Source: Haliotis cracherodii (Eukaryota). From it: a stretch of DNA of 64,000 bases. The translations under genes were made by a program, and so were the position numbers. A model generated the notes under the pieces. That model worked only from the letters and a program-made list of their open reading frames with translations. It was not told the DNA's origin and did no database searches. Position 1 is the stretch's first letter. Every line of letters starts with the position of its first letter. The stretch spans positions 3,224,001-3,288,000 of the forward strand of contig NW_027266289.1 of assembly GCF_022045235.1 (NCBI RefSeq), written 5' to 3'. Shown in pieces: positions 37,801 to 47,512 of the stretch.

Positions 37801-40800
37801 CATCGGGGTGAGAATGTACGATGTTGTGCAGCGCTGCGGAGGCACGTGCTCGCGCTGCTTTACTTCCTCTTGTGTTGCCTAGCAACCCAGAATCCTTATC
37901 ACTCCCGTGCAGCAATTGGATCAATAGAGGAAGACACCCTGGAAACAGAAAAGAGTGAAATCAGCAACAGCAACGTCAGACAGGAACATAACTCAGGAGC
38001 AGCTTTGACAACCGCGCACATTCAGAACCACAGACTGATGTAAGCACACTGTCATCGCATGTTGAATGAATCCAGTTGAGCACAGCTCTGTGTGTCAGTT
38101 ACTGAAGCAGCAGCAGACTGTCTCATGGCTAAACAGCTAGACTCACCTGACTGTCTCATGGCTATACAGCTAGACTCACCTGACTGTCTCATGGCTATAC
38201 AGCTAGACTCACCTGACTGTCTCATGGCTATACAGCTAGACTCACCTGACTGTCTCATGGCTATACAGCTAGACTCACCTGACTGTCTCATGGCCATACA
38301 GCTAGACTCACCTGACTGTCTCATGGCTATACAGCTAGACTCACCTGTCTCATGGCTATACAGCTAGACTCACCTGACTGCCTCATGGCTATACAGCTAG
38401 ACTCACCTGTCTGTCTCATGGCTATACAGCTAGACCCACCTGACTGTCTCATGGCTATACAGCTAGACTCACCTGACTGTCTCATGGCTATACAGCTAGA
38501 CTCACCTGACTGTCTCATGGCTATACAGCCAGACTCACCTGACTGTCTCATGGCTATACAGCTAGACTCACCTGACTGTCTCATGGCTATACAGCTAAAC
38601 TCACCTGACTGTCTCATGGCTATACAGCTAGACTCACCTGACTGTCTCATGGCTATACAGCTGTCCTGGGAACTGGACATGGCCAGCAGGGTTCTACTCA
38701 TGTCGTCCTTGTCATGCGTGCCCAGCATCGACAGCAGCGAGTACACCATCTCCACCTGGTGGCAGAAACAAACATCAGCATACATAAGGGGGATGTATGT
38801 GCGGAGGTGATGAAAAGTGAGGTGACGTACACGAGATGATGACATGAGGGTGGGGTTGTATTGGGAGGTTACCTAGGAGGCGGCGTTGTATTGGGAGGTG
38901 ACCTAAGGGGTGGCATTGTATTGGGAGGTGACCCAGATGGCGGCGTATTGAAAAGTGACCTAGGAGGTGGCATTGTATTGGGAGGTGACCTAGATGGCGG
39001 CGTTGTATTGGGAGGTGACCTAAGGGGTGGCGTTGTATTGGGAAGTAACCTAGGAGGTGGTGTATTGGGAGGTGACCTAGATGGCAGCGTTGTATTGGGA
39101 GGTGACCTAAGGGGTGGCATTGTATTGGGAGGTGACCCAGATGGCGGCGTTGTATTGAGAAGTGACCTAGGAGGTGGCATTGTATTGGGAGGTGACCTAG
39201 GATGCAGGGTTGTATTGGGAGGTGACCTAGGAGGTAGTGTATTAGGAGATGACCTAGATGGCAGCGTTGTATTGGGAGGTGACCTAGGAGGTGGCGTTGT
39301 ATTGGGAGGTGACCTAGATGGCGGCGTTGTATTGGGAAGTGACCTAGGAGGTGGCGTTGTATTGTGAGGTGACCCAGATGGCGGCGTTGTATTGGGAAGT
39401 GACCTAGGATGCAGGGTTGTATTGGGAGGTGACCTAGCAGGTGGCGTTGTATTGGGAGGTGACCTGGATGGTGGCGTTGTATTGGGAAGTGACCTAGGAG
39501 GTGGCGTTGTATTGGGAGGTGACAGTTACCTTGGTGCCAAGTTGCTGGTGGGGATGCTGCTCGGTCCTGTCATCACTTGGAGCAGCGGCGGAGCTGTTGG
39601 TGCTGCTGGTGTTGGTGGAGTTGAAGCTCATGACGCTTGCAAGGTCATGACCTCTGAGGTCAGGGATCACCCCCTCTTCTCCATTTGGAAGCTCTGTAAG
39701 TATATGGAAGACAGGGTGTATAGCCTACCCTTCGCTATTGGCAAAGACTCGTGGTATATGGAAGAGAGGGTGTATAGCCTACCCTTCCCTATTGGCAAGG
39801 ACTCGTGGTATATGGAAGACAGGGTGTATAGCTTACCCTTCCCTATTGGCAAGGACTCGTGGTATATGGAAGACAGGGTGTACAACTTACCCTTCCCTAT
39901 TGGCCAGGACCCATGGTATATGGAAGACAGGGTGTATAACTTACCCTTCCCTATTGGCCAGGACCCGTGGTATATGGAAGACAGGGTGTTGTTCTGGGAG
40001 ATATTGGCCTGCAGGATGTCGGGGTTTTCCTGGATGATGACGTCCGACGTCTGTGTTGCTATGCTGATCATGACAGACCCGTGTGTCAGGCCAAACACAG
40101 ACTTGTCGCTGGTACGTGCGTTGTCAATGCCGGGCTTCGGGACAAAGATCTGAAGTGGACATCAGGAGGGAACTCAGATCAGGGAAACACAACATCAGGC
40201 TGTACTGGCAAACACTACACATGTAGCACTGACACCCCTCTGCCTTCAGCAGACATAGGACACAGACGAGACACACACAGTGCAAAGGACAAGACCGACA
40301 CAGGCATCTTCCCCAGGCAAGTGAGTTAACTGACTTTAAAAGTCCAGTTTCCACCCTTGCCGAACTTGGCTGGAATTACTGGGCTCGATCGTACTTTTAC
40401 CAGTAATGCCACTTCTTAGCCTCTCCTACGGACCAATCAGATTCCACCTCTCGTACCACTTGCGTTCGCTTCACACAAAATGGTGGGACCCAGTCAGGGT
40501 GATCTGATCGATAATCAAGATCTATATTGTGATAAAACGGGTCTTACATCGCGAAATGCATCAAATCACGTGAGCACCTTAACTAAAAACATGAAAAAAT
40601 TTGCAAAATATCTGCTGAAACGAGTTGGCGCTGTACATGTTTTGCAAATCCTGCAATCGACCAAAATCTGCACGACAGTTTACGAACTGGATTTCGATTT
40701 CAGTGTGCGATTTTGATTGGACTGTGCACAGACTCGTTAGTCCCGCCAAAATGTAACTCCATAATCCCAGCCTAGTTCGGCAAGGGTGGAAACTGGACTT

Positions 40801-43800
40801 TTAGGGTTAGTTAACACTCTTGCCCCGGGAAGATGGACACAGGAAGCAGGTAACTGACCTCTCCACACAGCGCTGTGTTGGTCGCCACATCCTTCACACA
40901 GCCTGGGTTCAGTCCCCGCTCCACGCTCATCTGCTGCTGCTTCAGTAACTGAAAGACAAGGGCTGTGCTCAACTGGCTTCATTCAACATGCAATGACAGT
41001 GTGTAGCATCTTTCTGTGGCTCTCAATGTGTGTGCTTGTTTATCAGTGGTTGTTAGTGTTTCTCTGTGTGTATGGTTGAGTGTGGTCGTGTGTTGTCGTT
41101 GGATGTGTGTGTGCTTGTCTATCAGTGGTTGTTAGTGTTTCTCTGTGTGCATGATTGAGTATGTTTGTGTGTTGTCTTTTGATGTGTGTGTGGTTGTGTG
41201 AGTGGTTGTGTGTGTGGTTATGTGTGTGGTTGTGTGTGTGGTTATGTGTGTGTGGTTGTGTGTGAGGTTGTGTGTGTGGTTATGTGTGTGTGGTTGTGTG
41301 TGNNNNNNNNNNNNNNNNNNNNNNNNNNNNNNNNNNNNNNNNNNNNNNNNNNNNNNNNNNNNNNNNNNNNNNNNNNNNNNNNNNNNNNNNNNNNNNNNNN
41401 NNNNNNNNNNNNNNNNNNNNNNNNNNNNNNNNNNNNNNNNNNNNNNNNNNNNNNNNNNNNNNNNNNNNNNNNNNNNNNNNNNNNNNNNNNNNNNNNNNNN
41501 NNNNNNNNNNNNNNNNNNNNNNNNNNNNNNNNNNNGTGGTTGTGTGTGTGGTTGTGTGAGTGGTTGTGTGTGTGGTTGTGTGTGGTTGTGTGTGTGGTTG
41601 TGTGTGTGGTTGTGTGTGTGGTTGTGTGTGAGGTTGTGTGAGTGGTTGTGTGTGTGGTTGTGTGAGTGGTTGTGTGTGTGGTTGTGTGAGTGGTTGTGTG
41701 TGTGGTTGTGTGTGGTTGTGTGTGTGGTTGTGTGAGTGGTTGTGTGAGTGGTTGTGTGTGTGGTTGTGTGTGGTTGTGTGTGTGGTTGTGTGAGTGGTTG
41801 TGTGAGTGGTTGTGTGTGTGGTTGTGTGTGTGGTTGTGTGTGTGGTTGTGTGTGGTTGTGTGTGTGGTTGTGTGAGTGGTTGTGTGAGTGGTTGTGTTTG
41901 TGGTTGTGTGTGTGGTTGTGTGTGGTTGTGTGTGTGGTTGTGTGTGGTTGTGTGTGTGGTTGTGTGAGTGGTTGTGTGAGTGGTTGTGTTTGTGGTTGTG
42001 TGTGTGGTTGTGTGTGGTTGTGTGTGGTTGTGTGTGTGGTTGTGTGTGTGGTTGTGTGTGTGGTTGTGTGTGTGGTTGTGTGAGTGGTTGTGTGTGTGGT
42101 TGTGTGAGTGGTTGTGTGTGTGGTTGTGTGTGTGGTTGTGTGTGTGGTTGTGTGAGTGGTTGTGTGTGTGGTTGTGTGAGTGGTTGTGTGAGTGGTTGTG
42201 TGTGTGGTTGTGTGAGTGGTTGTGTGTGTGGTTGTGTGTGTGGTTGTGTGTGTGGTTGTGTGTGTGGTTGTGTGTGTGGTTGTGTGTGTGGTTGTGTGAG
42301 TGGTTGTGTGTGTGGTTGTGTGAGTGGTTGTGTGTGTGGTTGTGTGTGTGGTTGTGTGTGGTTGTGTGTGTGGTTGTGTGAGTGGTTGTGTGAGTGGTTG
42401 TGTTTGTGGTTGTGTGTGTGGTTGTGTGTGGTTGTGTGTGTGGTTGTGTGTGGTTGTGTGTGTGGTTGTGTGAGTGGTTGTGTGAGTGGTTGTGTTTGTG
42501 GTTGTGTGTGTGGTTGTGTGTGGTTGTGTGTGTGGTTGTGTGAGTGGTTGTGTGTGTGGTTGTGTGTGTGGTTGTGTGAGTGGTTGTGTGAGTGGTTATG
42601 TGTGAAGGGTTATTTGAGTGGTTGTGTGTGTGGTGTGAGTGGTTGTGTGTGTGGTTGTGTGAGTGGTTATGTGAGTGGTTATGTAAGAGTCGTTATGTGT
42701 GAGTGGTTGTGTGAGTGGATATGTGTGAAGGGTCATGTGTATTGTCTGTGGTTAACAGTGTGTGGTTGGGTGTGTGGTCATGTTGTGTTGTGTCGTGTCA
42801 TGTCGTGTCATAGGGTGTTGTGTTGTGTTCACCTGCTGCTCTCGGTGGCGTTGTTGCAGCATCATCATCTCCGCCTCGATGTTGCGTATCCGCTGCAGAC
42901 GAGCCTCCTGTCGTTGAGCGATGTGTTCACTTGTCCCAAACTTCTCTGTCATGGCTTCCTCCAGTTTCTTGGCTTCGTACTCCACCTGTCTCCGAGTCAT
43001 GTCTGTCTGCAGGTTATACTGAAACACAGGACCACCAGATGTCTCATCTCAACCGCTCACCCAGACAACAACAACCACCCACCATAGAAGATGGAGACAC
43101 AGAACCCAATGAGTGAGTGATTGAGTTGGGTTTAACGCCGCTTTTAACAGTATTAATAGTACTCCAGTTATATCACAGCGTGACAGCTTAATGTGGGAGG
43201 AAAGCCCGAAGTGATGCAGGCCTCAGACGTTTACCACTTTGGTGAAACCCACGAGCACAGGTATGGCGCTGACAAACCTAGACACATAATTGGGGCGAAC
43301 CGGGATTCGAACCCATAATCATAGGTTTCTGGCGTACCCAAGGGACGCAACTCTGCACAGCGAATCGCGGCGCCTTAGACAACTGGGCCACCCGTGCCCA
43401 CAGAACCCAATGACATACAGTTTGTAAATTAGACAACAGGATCATTGCTTTCTTGCTTGTCTGGTGTCCACAGGACTCCAGCTGTATGACATGGGCATGT
43501 ATGTAATTCAATCTGGAAAAGACAATCCAGTGATTGGTTGTTTGTTTGTGTGTTGTTTAACGCCGCACTCAGCAATATTCCAGCTATATGACAGCGGTCT
43601 GTAAATAATCAAGTCTGGACCAGACAATCCAGTGATTAATATCATGACCATCGATCCACGCAATTGAGATCGATGACATGCATGAACCAAGTAAGCGAGC
43701 CTGACCACCCAATCCCGTTAGTCGCCTTTTACGACAAGCATAGTCACCTTTTACGGCAAGCAAGGGTTCCAGTGATTGATGTTATGAGCAACAATTGACC

Positions 43801-46637
43801 CTGCTGGGGTACGATAACAGGAAATACAGAAGACCAATGTGGCAACCAATGGCTTATCAGAAACTGTACTGGGAAGAGCAATGTGGCATCCAATGGCTTA
43901 TAAACTGTCCTGAGAAGGGCAATGTGGCATCCAATGGCTTATCATAAACAGTACAGGGAAGATCAATGTGGCATCCATCCAATGGCTTATCAGAAACTGT
44001 AAAGGGAAGAACAATTTGGTAACCAAACTATGGCTTATCATAAACTGTACTGAGAAGGGCAATGTGGCAACCAATCGATGGCTTATCATAAACTGTACTG
44101 AGAAGGGCATTGTGGCAACCAATCGATGGCTTATCATAAACTGTACTGAGAAGGGCAATGTGGCAACCAATCGATGGCTTATCATAAACTGTACTGAGAA
44201 GGCAATGTGGCATCCAATCGATGGCTTATCAGAAACTGTACTGAGAAGGCAATGTGGCATCCAATTGATGGCTTATCAGAAACTGTACTGAGAAGGGCAA
44301 TGTGGCATCCAATCGATGGCTTATCATAAACTGTACTGAGAAGGCAATGTGGCAACCAATCGACGGCTTATCAGAAACTGTACTGAGAAGAACAATGTGG
44401 CATCCAATCGATGGCTTATCAGAAACTGTACTTAGAAGGGCAATGTGGCATCCAATCGATGGCTTATCATAAACTGTACTGAGAAGAACAATGTGGCAAC
44501 CATTCGATGGCTTCATCAGAAACTGTACCCAGAAGGGCAATGTGGCATCCAATCGATGGCTTATCAGAAACTGTACTTAGAAGGGCAATGTGGCATCCAA
44601 TCGATGGCTTATCAGAAACTGTACTTAGAAGAACAATGTGGCATCCAATCGATGGCTTATCAGAAACTGTACTGAGAAGGGCAATGTGGCATCCAATCGA
44701 TGGCTTATCAGAAACTGTACTGAGAAGAACAATGTTGCAACTAATGGCTTATCAGAAACTGTACTGGAATGACACTGGCGAGACACCAGCGAGACACTGG
44801 TGAGACACTGAGAACAGCACCTGATGACCAAACGGAACCAGGCGTTATGAGGTATCCACACAGATTGTCAAACTTACTGTTTCCGAGAGCGGAAGATTCT
44901 CCAGCTTCTGTGACAAAATCTCCAGCTGCTGGAAGAAGCGTTCTCTAAGACTGTCCTCCGTCTGTATCTCCCGCATCAACGCATTCCTGCAAACACATCT
45001 CACACATCAACGTATTCCTTCAAACACATCTTACACATCAACGTATTCCTGCAAACACATCAACATATTCCTGCAAACACATCTCACACATCAACATATT
45101 CCTGCAAACACATCTCACACATCAACGTATTCCTGCAAACACATCTCACACATCAACATATTCCTGCAAACACATCTCACACATCAACATATTCCTGCAA
45201 ACACATCTTGCACATCAACATATTCCTGCAAACACATCTCACACATCAACGTATTCCTGCAAACACATCTCACACATCAACATATTCCTGCAAACACATC
45301 TCGCACATCAACGTATTCCTGCAAACACATCTCACACATCAATGTATTCCTGCAAACACATCTCACACATCAACGTATTCCTGCAAACACATCTCACACA
45401 TCAACGCATTCCTGCAAACACATCTCACACATCAATGTATTCCTGCAAACACATCTCACACATCAACGCATTCCTGCAAACACATCTCACACATCAACGT
45501 ATTCCTGCAAACACATCTCGCACATCAACGTATTCCTGCAAACACATCTTACACATCAATGTATTCCTGCAAACACATCTCACACATCAACGTATTCCTG
45601 CAAACACATCTCACACATCAACGTATTCCTGCAAACACATCTCACACATCAACATATTCCTGCAAACACATCTCACACATCAACATATTCCTGCAAACAC
45701 ATCTCACACATCAACATATTCCTGCAAACACATCTCACACATCAACATATTCCTGCAAACACATCTCACACATCAACATATTCCTGCAAACACATCTCAC
45801 ACATCAACGCATTCCTGCAAACACATCTCACACATCAACGCATTCCTGCAAACACATCTCACACATCAACATATTTCTGCAAACACATCTCACACATCAA
45901 CGTATTCCTGCAAACACATCTCACACATCAACGTATTCCTGCAAACACATCTCACACATCAACGCATTCCTGCAAACACATCTCACATATCAACCTGCAA
46001 TCACATCTCACACATCAACCTGCAATCACATCTCACATATCAACCTGCAATCACATCTCACATATCAACCTGCAATCACATCTCACATATCAACCTGCAA
46101 ACACATCTCACACATCAACCTGCAAACACATCTCAGATACCAGCATGTATCACATCAGTACACATGTACATTATTAGTAATGGCTGATACTGGCGGTATA
46201 CGTCTCATATTAAGTCAGTAACAACCATCTTGGATTATTAATGACAGTATACAGGCTCATGTGTGTGTGGTTAGTCCTGCTCTCTGATTGGTCAATCTCA
46301 TTTAGAGGCATGGTAAATGTTGCATATCTGACCTCTCCAAGTCAAGGTTGTGCAGCTGGGCATAGATCTCACTTAGAGGCATGGTAAATGTTGTATATTT
46401 CACCTCTCCAAGTCAAGATTGTGCAGCTGGACATAGATCTCACTTAGAGAGATGGTAAATGTTGTATATCTCACCTCTCCAAGTCAAGATTGTGCAGCTG
46501 GGCATAGATCTCATGTTCTGCATGGGTGAAGTGGCCGTTTGGGGAGTTGACCTCGGACTTGAGACATGTGACGTTGTCCACAGCATCGGCCCAGCTCTCG
46601 TTCTCATCTCGCTCTCCAAGGTCGTCTGTACTCAAGT
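26136..46637 (-). CDS. APC: Adenomatous polyposis coli protein (APC) gene, multi-exon. Exons: 46475-46637, 44878-44986, 42833-43018, 40859-40948, 39945-40149, 39530-39693, 38638-38755, 37672-37938, 36734-36835, 26136-34831
   Basis: All exons have GT-AG boundaries and compatible phases (10,100 nt in total). Near-identity to vertebrate APC motifs: LQTDMTRRQVEYEA, LGTKVEMVYSLLSMLGTHDKDDMSRTLLAMSSSQDSC, LMKLSFDEEHRHA, GGLQAIAELL. ARM repeats, 15-aa, 20-aa and SAMP repeats, and a C-terminal PDZ-binding VTTV are present. Confidence 0.97.
34868..36435. repeat. 22-bp minisatellite filling the last APC intron
   Basis: Unit agaccatctggaatgtacagtt. Confidence 0.95.
35815..36166 (-). mobile_element. tRNA-derived SINE, family A, inserted in the 22-bp minisatellite
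   Basis: Full length, 12-bp TSD agatcatctaga. Confidence 0.92.
36734..36835 (-). CDS. APC: APC exon (ARPSDIDHHPGPAIAALMKLSFDEEHRHAICTLG)
   Basis: Acceptor ttgcag|cag (NAGNAG), donor CTAG|gtaag, phase 1-1, matches the start of the APC ARM domain. Confidence 0.93.
36868..37640. repeat. 15/21-bp minisatellite filling an APC intron
   Basis: Variants of tctacccacaggacg. Confidence 0.95.
37672..37938 (-). CDS. APC: APC exon (GCLPLLIQLLHG...RVLRLLEQIRAHC...PGSG)
   Basis: Acceptor tgtttccag|GG, donor GGAG|gtaggc, 267 nt, conserved APC pre-ARM sequence. Confidence 0.93.
38115..38662. repeat. 33-bp minisatellite, 16 donor-containing units, spanning an APC donor site
   Basis: Minus-strand unit agctgtatagccatgagacagtcag|gtgagtct. 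Confidence 0.97.
38638..38755 (-). CDS. APC: APC exon (VEMVYSLLSMLGTHDKDDMSRTLLAMSSSQDSCIAMRQSG)
   Basis: Acceptor ccaccag|GTG, donor TCAG|gtgagt, almost identical to the vertebrate APC segment. Confidence 0.95.
38855..39523. repeat. 30-bp minisatellite filling an APC intron
   Basis: Unit gttgtattgggaggtgacctaggaggtggc. Confidence 0.95.
39530..39693 (-). CDS. APC: APC exon (LPNGEEG...DLASVMSFNSTN...QLGTK)
   Basis: Acceptor cttacag|AG, donor AAG|gtaact. ASVMS...LGTK is homologous to vertebrate ASVLS...HLGTK. Confidence 0.88.
39700..39989. repeat. 54-bp minisatellite, ~5 copies, spanning an APC donor and making up the whole intron
   Basis: Donor GTs at 39944, 39890, 39836, 39782 and 39728. 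Confidence 0.95.
39945..40149 (-). CDS. APC: APC exon (IFVPKPGIDN...ISIATQTS...SWPIGK)
   Basis: Acceptor cacttcag|ATC, donor AAGG|gtaagt, phase 0-1 fits its neighbours. Not conserved with vertebrates. Confidence 0.75.
40305..40835. mobile_element. Same MITE family in the opposite orientation, in an APC intron
   Basis: Termini catcttccc...gggaagatg, TSD gacacagg. Confidence 0.88.
40859..40948 (-). CDS. APC: APC 90-nt symmetric exon (LLKQQQMSVERGLNPGCVKDVATNTALCGE)
   Basis: Acceptor tgtctttcag|TTA, donor GAG|gtcagt, phase 0-0, open frame. Confidence 0.72.
41180..42720. repeat. GT-rich 10/12-bp simple repeat containing an assembly gap
   Basis: Unit gtggttgtgtgt. Confidence 0.95.
41303..41535. 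other. Assembly gap (233 N)
   Basis: Run of n characters. Confidence 1.
42833..43018 (-). CDS. APC: APC exon (YNLQTDMTRRQVEYEAKKLEEAM...EQQ), N-terminal coiled coil
   Basis: Acceptor tgtttcag|TAT, donor CAG|gtgaac, homologous to vertebrate FSLQTDMTRRQLEYEA. Confidence 0.95.
43113..43398 (-). mobile_element. SINE family D with a tRNA-Leu/Ser-like head
   Basis: Head ggtggcccagttgtctaaggcg...gggttcgaatccc, (actc)n tail, 15-bp TSD cacagaacccaatga. Confidence 0.8.
43537..43767 (-). mobile_element. SINE family B, 5'-truncated
   Basis: TSD tccagtgattg. Confidence 0.85.
43835..44766. repeat. 47-48-bp minisatellite
   Basis: Unit gcaatgtggcatccaatcgatggcttatcagaaactgtactgagaagg. Confidence 0.95.
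44878..44986 (-). CDS. APC: APC exon (RNALMREIQTEDSLRERFFQQLEILSQKLENLPLSET)
   Basis: Acceptor gtttgcag|G, donor ACA|gtaagt, 109 nt, phase 2-0, homologous to vertebrate RSLLL...SLPLTEN. Confidence 0.92.
44973..46140. repeat. 31-bp minisatellite (25-bp in distal units), >30 copies, spanning an APC acceptor
   Basis: Minus-strand unit tgtgagatgtgtttgcag|GAATRYGTTGATG. Confidence 0.95.
46298..46512. repeat. 71-bp tandem triplication spanning an APC donor
   Basis: GT copies at 46474, 46403 and 46332, each preceded by the exon end cttgacttggagag. Confidence 0.9.
46475..46637 (-). CDS. APC: APC exon (LSTDDLGERDENES...IYAQLHNLDLER)
   Basis: Acceptor ttccctgtag|AC, donor AG|gtgaga, phase 1-2. The end aligns with vertebrate YLEELEKER. 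Confidence 0.85.
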
Positions 46638-46750
46638 CTACAGGGAAGGAAAAACAAGGCTCAAGACACACTGAATTTTAAGCTGAAGACACACTCCATC
46701 AAAAGTCACAAGAATCTTAGACCCCTAGATACACCATCAATTCACACGAT

Positions 46751-47512
46751 CAGCCCCCATCAGACACAGTCTTGTCAGGACACACCCAGTCCCCATCAGA
46801 CACAGTCTTGTCAGGACACACCCAGCCCCCATCAGACACAATCTTGTCAGGACACACCCAGCCCCCATCAGACACAGTCTTGTCAGAAGGACACACCCAG
46901 CCCCCATCAGACACAGACTTGTCATGAGGACACACCCAGTCCCCATCAGACACAGACTTGTCATGCGGACACACCCAGCCCCCATCAGACACAGTCTTGT
47001 CATGAGGACACACCCAGCCCCCATCAGACACAGTCTTGTCAGAAGGACACACCCAGCCCCCATCAGACACAGACTTGTCATGAGGACACACCCAGTCCCC
47101 ATCAGACACAGACTTGTCAGAAGGTAACACACAGCCTCCATCAGACACAGTCTTGTCCTGAGGACACACCCAGCCTCCATCAGACACAGTCTTGTCAGAA
47201 GGTAACACCCAGCCCCCATCAGACACAGTCTTGTCAGAAGGACACACACAGCCCCCATCAGACACAGTCTTGTCAGGACACACCCAGCCTCCAACAGACA
47301 AAGTCTTGTCATGAGGACACACCCAGTCCCCATCAGACACAGTCTTGTCATGAGGAAACACCCAGTCCACATCAGACAAAGTCTTGTCAGTAGGACACAC
47401 CCAGTCCCCATCAGACACAGTCTTGTCAGAAGGTAACACCCAGTCCCCATCAGACACAGTCTTGTCATGAGGACACACCCAGTCCCCATCAGACACAGTC
47501 TTGTCAGGACAC
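46751..47512. repeat. 36/39-bp minisatellite
   Basis: Unit ccccatcagacacagtcttgtca(nnn)ggacacacccag. Confidence 0.95.

Noticed and set aside
41186-43087. Cys/Val-rich metallothionein-like ORFs
   Set aside because: Translation of a GT simple repeat spanning or adjoining an assembly gap.
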